From positions 44,766-108,765 of the IMG/VR virus record IMGVR_UViG_3300020152_000001: a stretch of 64,000 nt of DNA; one strand, 5' to 3'. Shown here piece by piece: positions 53,015-62,900 of the stretch. Made by a program: the position numbers and the translations under genes. The notes below the pieces were generated by a model that was not told the DNA's origin, did no database searches, and was given only the letters and a program-made list of their open reading frames with translations. The stretch comes from a virus (lineage: Duplodnaviria; Heunggongvirae; Uroviricota; Caudoviricetes). How positions within the stretch are numbered: the stretch's first letter is position 1; each line of letters opens with the position of its first letter.

Positions 53015-53824
53015 ATGGCACGCAAGGCAAAAGGTGCTAAGCGCACAGTGAAAAGGAGACGCATCATGAAGACTGCTCCGGCGGCGCCGCCGCCACAGAC
53101 TCCGCCCCGGGCCGCTGCCGGTCCTCGTCTGGTTTCGGAGACCGGGGTTCTCGCACGTGAAAAGTCGACGGTGGGCTCTCGCCTACGCGAAGCCCGGGAG
53201 CGCGCAGAGATGACGCAAGCCGACGTAGCTGGAAAGCTGCCCTCCCCGAAGGGCGACGGCCGGACGATGTCTCGGGCGAACATCGCTCAGTACGAAAGCG
53301 ACGCCGTCGAGCCCCCGCTTCACACCGTCGAAGAGATCGCGAAGATTCTGAAGACGCCGGCCTCGTATCTGGCATTCGGCGTCGGCGGGCTTGGTCCCCT
53401 CGGCACCGGCCAGGACGCGATCGATGCCTTGCTCGCTGAGGTCCCCGAATTCACGTTCGGCGACGCTCCCGACGCCCGCGAACCCGTCACCGAATGGAAG
53501 CTGCCGAAGGACTGGCTGCGGGCTCAGCTCCGCGTCAGCAAGTTCGACGACCTCTTCATCTACCAGTGCCAATCGCAGAACATGGCGCCGCAATACGAGT
53601 TCGGCGACAAGCTCGTGGTCGACGGCAGCGACCGTAAGGGCAGCGGTGTCTATCTGCACTGGGACGGCACGGCGCCGGCGATCAACCGCATCACCGTGAT
53701 CCCCAAGGCCTCGGGCCCGATCGCGCGTGTGGCGTCGACGGACAATGTCACCGACCAATACGAGGTGCCGGTCTCTGACCTGCATATTCTCGGCCGCGTT
53801 CGCGGCGTCTGGAAAGCCTCGTAA
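53015..53824 (+). CDS. CI-like repressor (N-terminal XRE HTH plus C-terminal S24 LexA-like peptidase domain)
   Basis: HTH SRLREARERAEMTQADVAGKL...ANIAQYES. S24-like QSQNMAPQYEFGDKLVVD and ILGRVRGVWK. ATG at 53015 behind agaggtaagag. Confidence 0.65.
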   Translation: MARKAKGAKRTVKRRRIMKTAPAAPPPQTPPRAAAGPRLVSETGVLAREKSTVGSRLREARERAEMTQADVAGKLPSPKGDGRTMSRANIAQYESDAVEPPLHTVEEIAKILKTPASYLAFGVGGLGPLGTGQDAIDALLAEVPEFTFGDAPDAREPVTEWKLPKDWLRAQLRVSKFDDLFIYQCQSQNMAPQYEFGDKLVVDGSDRKGSGVYLHWDGTAPAINRITVIPKASGPIARVASTDNVTDQYEVPVSDLHILGRVRGVWKAS

Positions 53825-53826
53825 GT

Positions 53827-54024
53827 TCACGACGCCTCCTTCACCCAACGATCGATAAGAGCCACGACTCTGTCCTCTCTGACCCTGCGCCGTCGTCTAA
53901 CGACGGTGCAGGGCAGATCACCTCGATCGATGGCGTCGTTCACCCAATCCGCTGTGATGTCGACTAGCCCGCGCGATTGAAAAATCGCTGCGGCGTCTTC
54001 GGTTGTGATGAGCTTCGGCTCCAT
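53827..54024 (-). CDS. excisionase/AlpA-like small DNA-binding protein
   Basis: MEPKLITTEDAAAIFQSRGLVDI...LPCTVVRRRRRVREDRV resembles the Xis/AlpA HTH_17 type. Confidence 0.4.
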   Translation of the reverse strand: MEPKLITTEDAAAIFQSRGLVDITADWVNDAIDRGDLPCTVVRRRRRVREDRVVALIDRWVKEAS

Positions 54025-54208
54025 GTCCGAAGCGTAAGCGCCGCTTGCTTTGTCGTCAAGGCAAAATTGCATTGTTTCGGCGTGACTGCGTGACTCGTCA
54101 CGTAGTCAGCGCTGGAAATGTACGGTTTTCGGCGGATGTCAGCGGTCTTCGTAAGAGATAGTTGACGACGTTGCGTCGCGAAAAAGCGTGGAAACCCTTG
54201 AAAAACAA

Positions 54209-54285
54209 TGGCGCACCCGACAGGATTCGAACCTGTGACCTCTGCCTTCGGAGGGCAGCGCTCTATCCAGCTGAGCTATGGGTGC
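54209..54285 (-). tRNA. tRNA-Arg (anticodon CCG)
   Basis: Reverse complement GCACCCATAGCTCAGCTGGATAGAGCGCTGCCCTCCGAAGGCAGAGGTCACAGGTTCGAATCCTGTCGGGTGCGCCA folds as a cloverleaf. Anticodon loop CTCCGAA. T-loop GGTTCGAATCC. 3' CCA is encoded. Confidence 0.85.
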
Positions 54286-54355
54286 TTGTTGATTTGTCAG
54301 TGATTTTCTGTGATACTGCAAGGCGGTTTCGCAGAAGTCACGCAAGAATCACGTA

Positions 54356-55516
54356 ATGGCATCCGTATATCCGGTGACGCTTAAGAACAAGGCCGGTGTC
54401 GAACGCACCGTCTATCGCGTCCAATACACAAACGCCAATGGCAAGCTGAAGCAGAAGCAGTTTCGCAACAAGCGTTTGGCTAACTCCTGGATCAGTGCCG
54501 GCGGCCACGTCGCCGTAGAGGCGGCACCGATCGAAGCCACGGGCTCCAAGTTCTCTGCCATCGCTAAAGCCTGGGTCTCCGCCTGCGAACGCGGCCTCCA
54601 CGGCGAAATGCCGCTCGAAGTCTCCGTCACCGAGGGCTATCGCTCCTATCTTAAGAACTGGATCAATCCCGAGATCGGAGACCTCGACATCGCCGATGTC
54701 GATCGCAACCGCTTCAGGGAATTCCGAGACTGGGTCTTAGAACAAGGCCTCGCGCGGGCGACCGCGAAGAAGATCGTTGGCATCGCCCGCAGCGTCATCA
54801 AGTACGCACTGGACACCGACCTCATCCCCGCCGACCCAACGACGGGAATCACCGTCAAGCTCGCTTCTGGGAGGCATAGGGACCGCTCGACAAAGCGGCT
54901 GCCGGTACATTCCAAGGCAGACATGAAGAAGCTGCTGGCGGTGTCGGCTGAACTCGCGAAGGCCGAGGACAAGCGGACCTCGATCGCCTGGGCTCGCTAT
55001 AGACCCATGCTTCTGCTCTTCGTCTACGCGGGCTTGCGGTCGTCGGAACTCCGGGGACTGCCGAGAGACATGTTCGATCACGCCGAGGGCTCCGTGGAAG
55101 TGAAGCAGCGCGCCGATCGCTACGGCGTCATTGGCCCGCCGAAGTCGACGGCCGGTTATCGCATCATCCGTCTCCCGCGTTGGGTCGCTGACGAAGTCGC
55201 GGAATACCTGAAGACGCACGACCACGAACTCGTCTTCCCTGCCCGACGCAGCGGCGAGCCGATGTCACGCGAGAACATCGAGCGGAGAATGTGGACGCCG
55301 TTGCAAAAGAAGGTCGGAGTGTCTGTGCTGGGTCTCCACTCGATCCGTCACTTCTTCGCGTCGAGGTTGATTGAGCTTGGCGCAAACTCTAAGCAGCTCC
55401 AAGAGCGCATGGGTCACCACAGCGAGAGCTTCACCAAAGACGTGTACGGGCATCTCTTCAAAGACGAAGAAAACATCCGTGCCGACCAGCAACTCGCCGA
55501 ACGGCTGACGCTCTAA
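54356..55516 (+). CDS. int: tyrosine integrase
   Basis: 386 aa. C-terminal HSIRHFFASRLIELG...GHHSESFTKDVYGHL gives the R-H-R-Y catalytic signature. Adjacent to the tRNA. Confidence 0.85.
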   Translation: MASVYPVTLKNKAGVERTVYRVQYTNANGKLKQKQFRNKRLANSWISAGGHVAVEAAPIEATGSKFSAIAKAWVSACERGLHGEMPLEVSVTEGYRSYLKNWINPEIGDLDIADVDRNRFREFRDWVLEQGLARATAKKIVGIARSVIKYALDTDLIPADPTTGITVKLASGRHRDRSTKRLPVHSKADMKKLLAVSAELAKAEDKRTSIAWARYRPMLLLFVYAGLRSSELRGLPRDMFDHAEGSVEVKQRADRYGVIGPPKSTAGYRIIRLPRWVADEVAEYLKTHDHELVFPARRSGEPMSRENIERRMWTPLQKKVGVSVLGLHSIRHFFASRLIELGANSKQLQERMGHHSESFTKDVYGHLFKDEENIRADQQLAERLTL

Positions 55517-55574
55517 TGCGTCATATATGACGCATTAAGTCGGTTAAGGGGCACTTTATGGGTCATATATGACC
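55515..55574. promoter_or_regulatory. two perfect palindromes sharing the core GTCATATATGAC (operator or att-core candidates)
   Basis: AATGCGTCATATATGACGCATT (55515-55536) overlaps the int stop. GGTCATATATGACC (55561-55574) contains the XRE gene ATG. Centres are about 42 bp apart. Confidence 0.55.
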
Positions 55575-55883
55575 TATTGGCCGCGTGCAGGGATTCGGGA
55601 TTTAAGCGAGCTGGATTGCAAGAAAATGGGGAATAAGAAAAAGGCGTCGGCGAAAACCGACGCCCGGAAGAGCGGTGCAATTGAGAAGAAGGTCGGCGGC
55701 CTAGTGCGGGCGCGACGACTGGAAATCGGCATGAGCCAGGAACGTTTGGCCGAACTCCTCGGAGTCACCTTTCAGCAGGTCCAGAAGTACGAGAAAGGCA
55801 TCAATCGTATCGCCTTCTCTCGTATGCTCGACATCGCCGCAGCGCTCGATCGTCCTGTCACCGCATTTGTTCCCGAGCGGTGA
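55569..55883 (+). CDS. XRE-family HTH transcriptional regulator
   Basis: LVRARRLEIGMSQERLAELLGVTFQQVQKYEKGINRI is a Cro/C1-type HTH. Confidence 0.65.
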   Translation: MTYWPRAGIRDLSELDCKKMGNKKKASAKTDARKSGAIEKKVGGLVRARRLEIGMSQERLAELLGVTFQQVQKYEKGINRIAFSRMLDIAAALDRPVTAFVPER

Positions 55884-55908
55884 CATCACGAGGGAAACCG
55901 ATGAAACG

Positions 55909-56253
55909 TTACCGATCGGGAACGTCGCGTTCTTTCGCCTGAGCGGCGGCGATGATCTCCAGCCACTCGTTGTAGGCTCGCGCCACGGCGTAGAGATTGC
56001 CGTAGCAGCTTTCCCACGCGGCGAAGAGCTGGGCTTCGTAAGTCGCAGACGGGGCTTGATCCTCGACGCTGTCGGCTGGAGCCTCCGGCGCGAACTCGCA
56101 CGTGAGCATCCCCGGACGAATGTCCGGCGTCACGAACTCAGTCTGGGTAACGGGCTCTGGCTTCGTCGCGCAGGCCATTAAGCCGGCGCTGAGTATCCCG
56201 TAGCACAGGAGCAACAGGCCCGTTCGCTTCAGGCGGGGCGCGATCGATTTCAC
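55909..56253 (-). CDS. o-spanin-like outer-membrane lipoprotein
   Basis: GTG start. Signal peptide KSIAPRLKRTGLLLLCYGILSAGLMAC with a lipobox-like LMAC. Out-of-frame overlap with the i-spanin 3' end (overlapped spanin architecture). Confidence 0.4.
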   Translation of the reverse strand: MKSIAPRLKRTGLLLLCYGILSAGLMACATKPEPVTQTEFVTPDIRPGMLTCEFAPEAPADSVEDQAPSATYEAQLFAAWESCYGNLYAVARAYNEWLEIIAAAQAKERDVPDR

Positions 56254-56563
56254 GGATGACTCCACTAATGGAGCGGTCAAACGCCGCTCGCTCTTCGAGT
56301 CGTTGGTCGAAGACTTCATTGACTTTCCCTTGTGCCTCTTGCTGCGTCTCCACAGCCCGTAGGCGGGCGTTTGCGCCCGACAGCTCCCCTTCAAGCCGCG
56401 TGATCTCACCAGCCTGTGCGGCGATGGCAGCGGTCTGCTCGCGGTCGCGCCAATAGATGACGCCCAGAAGGCTCACAGCCGCGATGACGATGAGGACGCG
56501 GGGTTGGAAGAGAAAGTCCGCGACGGGCTTCAGAAAAGCCCCTGCGAGTGCGAGAAACGGCAT
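56138..56563 (-). CDS. i-spanin-like protein (N-terminal TM plus periplasmic coiled coil)
   Basis: TM segment LIVIAAVSLLGVIYW followed by heptad-rich EITRLEGELSGANARLRAVETQQEAQ. Confidence 0.45.
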   Translation of the reverse strand: MPFLALAGAFLKPVADFLFQPRVLIVIAAVSLLGVIYWRDREQTAAIAAQAGEITRLEGELSGANARLRAVETQQEAQGKVNEVFDQRLEERAAFDRSISGVIREIDRAPPEANGPVAPVLRDTQRRLNGLRDEARARYPD

Positions 56564-56868
56564 TAGGGTGCGTTCTGTGCCGGTGGCGTGGGAGCGTCGT
56601 CGACCTTCCCGTCGATCGCGGCGTCGATAACGCGGGCGATGCCCGACAGATATTCAGCCGAAGGCGCGACGAGGTAGATCAGCTGGAGAACGGTGGCCTG
56701 GATGATGAGAGCCAGGGCCAGCGTCAGGAGGGCGGCCGTGGCGCCGGCAACCGCGAGCACGTGGGCGATGTATGCCAGCATCGCTCCAATGAAGAGGATG
56801 GTGGCGAAAATCATCAGCCGCCGGAAGAGCCACTTTGGCTCCGGCAAAAAGCTCGAAATGTTGGGCAT
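56563..56868 (-). CDS. holin-like membrane protein
   Basis: 2-3 TM helices (LMIFATILFIGAMLAYIAHVLAVAGATAALLTLALALII). ATG at 56868 chosen over the GTG at 56886, which lies inside the promoter element. Immediately upstream of the spanins. Confidence 0.4.
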   Translation of the reverse strand: MPNISSFLPEPKWLFRRLMIFATILFIGAMLAYIAHVLAVAGATAALLTLALALIIQATVLQLIYLVAPSAEYLSGIARVIDAAIDGKVDDAPTPPAQNAP

Positions 56869-56877
56869 GGTCAGCGA

Positions 56878-56905
56878 CACTATCACGCGTTAGCCAAACT
56901 GTCAA
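56878..56905 (-). promoter_or_regulatory. putative promoter TTGACA-N14-TGATAGTG (leaderless class) for the holin-spanin cassette
   Basis: Near-identical to 26963..26990. Overlaps the stop codon of the tail-fibre gene. Confidence 0.4.
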
Positions 56906-59900
56906 GCCGAGGCGGTAATGACGGCGTACCCGTCGCCACCCTTCTGGGCCAGGATTGAGGGGTCGTCTCCTGCGGTGCCGCCCACGGCGATCGGGGCGCC
57001 CGGATAGTCGGGGTCCGCTGTCCCTGCCGGCGTCGCGAAGTTGCCGGCCGTGGTCGAGCCCGAGGTCGCGCCGGCATCGACGTAGCCGCTACCGCCGCCG
57101 CCGGGGTGACCGTCGCCGCCGCCGCCGCCACCGCCCCAATAACCGCCGCCGCCGCCGCCACCGTCATCGGAGGTGGTGGTGAAGCGATCGGCTGTAGCCG
57201 TGCCGAAACCATTGCCGCCTCGGACCTGGGTGCCGGTCTTGCCGAGATTGCTGGTGTCGCTGCGATCGTTGCCGCCGGCCAGCTGAGTGCCGCCGCTGCC
57301 GCCGGTGGTGCCGCCGCTGTCTTGGCCGCTGGTGCCGCCCCCGGCGCCGCCGTCGCTAGAGCCGAAGCCCACGCCGCCACCACCGGCACCGGCCACGGCC
57401 ACGAGAACGTCGTTGATGTAGACTCGGGTCGAGCCACCGCCACCACCGCCGGCCACGTCACCGCGAGCACCGTCACCGCCGTCCGGCCAGCCGCCGGCGC
57501 CACCTTCAGTGAGGTAGACGCCCGGGCCGCCGCCGCCGCCGACTTCGACTTCGACGACATCGCCTTCGGAGACCGCGAACGTGGCTTCAGTGAAGCCGCC
57601 GCCGCCGCCGTCTGAGGAACCGCTGACGTAGATGCCGCCGCCGCCGCCGGCGCCCCACAGCTTCACCGAGATCGAACTCACGCCGGCTTCAACGATGTAG
57701 CGGCGCCGCGTGCCCGTGTGAGCGACTTCGTAGGTGTTACCGGCGATCAGGCTGCCGACTACCGTGAGGAAACCGGAGACCACGGGAGTAAGGGCCGTGG
57801 TCGCCAGGAGGTTATATGCGCGGCCGAGGACCAGCGTCGACACCGTCACCGGCGACGTGTGAACCGCAGTCCAGTCGAGATCGAAGCCGTCAGCCGTAAA
57901 CCCGTCCCAGTCGGCCCGAAGCGCCGTCGCTGACGTGTCGCGACCGATGTAGAAGACGTTGTCGGCGGCGGCAGAACCGCAATTCGAAGGGTCGGTTGCT
58001 TGGTTGAAAGCACCCAAACCCACACCGCCGGCTTCATCAAAAGCGGCGATGCCGAAGCCAGATGCCTGGGCGTTTTCGAAGTACGGGGTGTCGAAGGCCT
58101 CCGCCGAGCTGCCGATCATCAGCGCGAACTCAGGCTGAAAACCGAGCCCGGTGATGCTTTGCACGCCAGTCGTCGTCGGCGTCATGAACGACAGCACGCG
58201 AGCATCGACACCGGGGACGTGAACGAAGAGCGTGATGTTGTCGTCGCCAGTGATGGTGTTGTTGGCTTCGCTGGTGAAGCCGTCTGCATTGAACGACTTC
58301 CAACGGACGAAGCGGTTGAGGGCTGCAGAGTTGTGAGACGCGAAAACTTGGGCCTTGTCTTCGGACATATACAAAGACGGACGGCCGGCGATGCTCTGAG
58401 AGGTCTGTTGAATCCAGTTGACGCTCGCTTGGTTCGCGTTCTTGTCGACGAATCCCAGGCCCGCAGCGAAGACGCCGTTGCTGCCGTCGCCGTTGCCGAG
58501 GTTAGAGAACTCGCCGCCGATGACGCCAAACGTCGGGTGGAAGCCAATGTGGTCGTAGAGAACTTCCAGGTTTGGATTGTGCAGGGCACTGTTGCGGACG
58601 ACGCCTGCCTTCACGTCATGGCCGGCGATGATAACGGCAAAAAACTGGCGTTGCGTGGCTTCGACGGTCGTGAAATTCAGACGCACACCATCAGCGATGA
58701 AAGAGTCGACTGCGGCCCGCACGGCTTGGGCACTGACGGTTTCGCCAGGAAGCGCGGTCGAGATCACGGCATCGTTGTTCTGCATCCGCTGTTCGGATTC
58801 AGCGTCCGATATGCCCTGATTGTCCTCGATCGTCGCCGATACGCACATTTGATGATACGGCGTCGCGGCGCCGAACGCGTAGAGGACGTGATCTGCGGTG
58901 CTGTTCGCTGGAGACTGGCCGCCGAAGATCAGCACGGCTTTCGGAACACGGCCGCCGAGTGCCGTGTCGGTGATGTCGAGAGTGCCGGTAGCCGTTGGCG
59001 TGAGGAACGGCACCACTGCCATCTTGAAGTCGATGTCGTTGTCGCGTTCGATGTAGCCGGACGCCCGAGCATCGTATTGAACGGTCTGCGGGTTCTCACT
59101 CGTCGTCAGCGGGATCATGCTAGGCGAGCCGTTGGCGAACGTGCTCGTCACCTGCAGCGCCAAACCCGATGGCAGCACGCCGGGGTCTTCAGAACGCGTG
59201 TAGGAAGCGCCGCCGAAGTTGAAGCCAATCCAAACAACGTCGCCACGCCGCAGGAAGATCGGGTGCAGAAGCGGGATGTCGTTGTCGCCAACAGACAAAC
59301 CCGTGACCGTCGCCGTCCGAGTCAGCAACAGACCCGGACCATCGGTGCAGTCCGTGAAGATGAGGCCGCGAATGTCCGTCGCCGGCGCCGCCGTTCCCGT
59401 ATAGAAGTGCATGGTATCGAGCCACATGTCTTCTGGCGCGATAAACTTCCGGGCGCGGATGTTGTTGATCGAGCCCGTGGAGTTTGCAGGCTCCACCGGC
59501 GGCGGGGCCGTCATGAACTCTTCTTCGTCAGCGAATGCGAAGATGAAGGCCTTACCGTCAGAGCCGGCGAGAGACTCACCACTCAAGCGATAGCCAAGGC
59601 CGACTTCGTAGCCGTGCTGGTAGCGGCCAGCAGCGGCATTGGTGCTGCGAATAGTCGTGTAGCCATCGATGAAGTCAGCGGAGTTCGCAGCGTAGCCGCT
59701 GCCACCGCCACCGCCAGTAGCAGCGCCGCCGGCGCCGCCGAAGTAGCCGCCGCCACCACCGCCTGAGTACTGGCCGGAGGATTGAACGGTGGTCTCAGAA
59801 TCGCCGTCGTTGAAGCCGTCTCCGCCAAAGCGGCCGTCGCCGCTACGGGTCTCATAGCCGGCGAGACCCTGAATACCGGCGCTGTCTTGATCGGCCGCGA

Positions 59901-62900
59901 TCATCTCAGTCGTGAAGCCGGAATCCACGCCGCCCGAGAGGCCACCGCCGTCGCCGCCACTGCCGTTGACAGCCGAGCCGCCGTCTTCGCCACCGCCGGC
60001 GCCGGCAACGAGGCGTAGGACTCCGTTGACGTAGATGCGCGTCGAGCCGCCGCCGCCGCCGCCAGCGAAGTTGCTGTCGCGTCCGCCGGAGCCGCCGTCA
60101 GGCCAGCCGCCGATGCCGCCCGAAGTCAGAAGGCCGGGATTGCCGCCCTCCCCGACTTCGATCGTGATCTCGTCGCCGGGTTCGACTTTGAGGATTGCAT
60201 ACGCGTGACCGCCGCCGCCGCTGGCACGGAAGCCGCCCTCGTAGCCGGTGGCGCCACCGCCGCCCCAGATGTTGACCAGCAGAGTCCGGACGCCATCGGG
60301 GACTGAACGCGTGATCGGAGCCCCGGTGAAATAGAAGTCGTTTTCGCCAGCGGCCAGCGGCTCAGCGGCGACCGTCAGAACACCGGCGACATCGAGGTCG
60401 AGGTCAGTAGTCACGACCAACTCGAAGCCAGACGGCGCGTTGAAGAGTTCGCCCGACAACGCCAGCGTCGTCGAAGTCGAGGTTTCGAGGAACATCGTCC
60501 GCGTCAGCGCGCCGGTAAGGCTCACCGACATCGCCGGAGCGGCTTCAAGCAGGTGCGGGAAGCTGACGAACAGCTGACCCGAGACTTCGAGGTCGACATC
60601 GACATCGCCCGCGATCTCGATCGGAGGATACTGCGAGATGCCGCCAGCCGTCGTCAGTGCGACGCTGAGATCACCTTGTAGTTCGATCGGCGCCAAATTC
60701 GAGAGGACGCCAAACAGCGAGAGAATGAGATTGGAGTTCGCCTCCATCTCGATGGGGCCGAGATTGCTCAGGTTGCCGGCGAGTTGCAGGCTCAGGCCGA
60801 GATCGGAATCGAGCAAGAACGGCTGCCGAGAGATAAAGCGACGCATCACCGGGAATAGAGAATCCCCCACGGCGTTGCGGGCGTAGACTCGCAACGTCAC
60901 CCACCCTGGCTTAGAGTCGGTGACCGTGCCCGAAGTCGTCATGCTTCCGAGGTCGTGCTCAGGGCCCTCTTCGTCGTGGCCATCGCGCGTGACCGTCGCG
61001 AAGTATTCCGTGGTCTCGGACGGAGCCTCATCACCGGCGTTGGGTTTGGTGATCGAAGTCGCCGTGCGGTTACGACGAACCCACGTGAGATCGTAGTCGG
61101 GACCAGGAAGCTCGTCGGGATACGACTCACTTTCGACGGTGAGCTGATCCGGCGGATACGGAAGATGTACGCGATCCTGCATTTCCAGGTGCGTGAGCGT
61201 GGCGTCGAACGGGGACGATTGGCCGAAGGCGTTCTGACTGACGGCGAAGCTGTCGACTTCATCGCCCGGCTCGAAGAAGTTCTCACCGAGTTGATCCACA
61301 CCTTCCGAGAAGAAGAACATGCGAGTGCCGGCCGCATGGGTTCGCGGCGACGTATCGCCGATGCCGCGCCAGACGTTGGTCAGTGTGTAAGTGCCGTCGC
61401 CATGATCCGTGTAGCCGCCGTAGGCGATCATCTCGTCACCAATCAAGGCAACATTCACGACATCGTTAGCGATCTCTGAGTCGGTGGCAGTGCGGAGGAC
61501 GATTTTGTCGTCAAGGTTGGAAATGCGGAAGCCCGCCGCGTGGAACTCGCTGGTCTCCAATGGGTACTCGTTGACGAGGGTCGCCGTGGCGCAGAACTGG
61601 CCGTCCGTTTGATCGATGGCATAGGTCTCATTTCCGTCTGTCGACACTTGCGCTTCGAAGCTGTCAGTGTTGACGTGCGGACGACGCATGAAATAGCCGA
61701 TATACGCATTATCGACGGTGCCGCCGTCCGCGACTTCGCCAGCGGCGACCAGACGGTCGACGATGAACTTAGGCAGCTCGATGATGCGGGTCTCGATGAT
61801 GTTCTGCGGCTGCGTGATTGGGCGCACCCACTCTGTTTGCGGAGGCGCAGTGAAGATCGTCTTCGAGATGGCGAAACGGTCCTGCACGAGGTCAATGGCG
61901 ACGCGGCCGTTGTCGAGTTCGCCGTAGTCGAATGACTTTACGCGGCAGATGAGCTGATCGATCCGGTATTCCGGCCAAGTGACCTTGATGACATCGCCAG
62001 GACGCAGCTGGGCGCCGTTGCGGTTGGTGATGATCCGCAGCGTCGTGATCGGGATCGAGAGATAGTTGAGTTCTCGGGCGGCGAGGAAGTTCGCCAGGGT
62101 GCCATTGCTGACGCCCGGGAACGTGACTTCGGTCGAGCGTACCCGGCCTTGAATCGTGATGTTGCTCAGGTCCTGAGCAAAGGCCGTCTTCTCATTGTAA
62201 TCGCTCTCGCGATCGTTGTAGACGACGCGAGTTTGATTGTAGGTGTCAGCCCATTGGGAAACACCAAAGTCGGTGACTTCGAGGATGTTGCTGGGATCGA
62301 AGATCGGCAGCTCTTCGATGTTGTAGTCTTCGCGCACGAGCTTGATGACGATCTGGCGCGTCGTCGGCTCTTCGTAAACGAACCCGTCGATCTGCTTGAG
62401 GATTTCCTCGATGGCGTCGCGGCCGTCCGTCGCCGAGTTCAGCGTATAGGCGATGCCGTGGTTCTCTTCGGCCAGCTGCGTGCCAGCGGCGACAAACGAG
62501 GCCGCGTCGACGCTGTCGCCGGCAATGGCCATGCGGCCCCAGTCGCTGGTGATGATGTCGTAGAGAACTTCGGACGGGTTGGCGTCGCCGTCTTCGCCAA
62601 CGGGGCCGAGGCCGAGCTGGTTGGGTTGAGATTCGACTTCCACGGAAATGGGATCGAGGTTCGGCCGCTCGCCGACCCAGAAGGCGCGCTGAATTGCGGC
62701 TTCGCGTTGTTGCTCGCGAAGGTTTGCCGCCCACAGAAGGAAGCCGATGCCTCCAAAGGGAATGCCCGTGATCTTCGGCGTGTCGGCGGGAAGTCCGCGC
62801 AGCACCATGTACGTGAGCCCGCGATACGCGGGCATGGCGTCATCGAGTTCAGTCTTCTCTGCGAGATACTCGCTACGGGGCTGATCAAAGCGCCCGGGAT

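Noticed and set aside
58000-59766. 588-aa plus-strand ORF and other long plus-strand ORFs between 57000 and 63100
   Set aside because: Antisense to the tail-fibre gene. Low-complexity composition.
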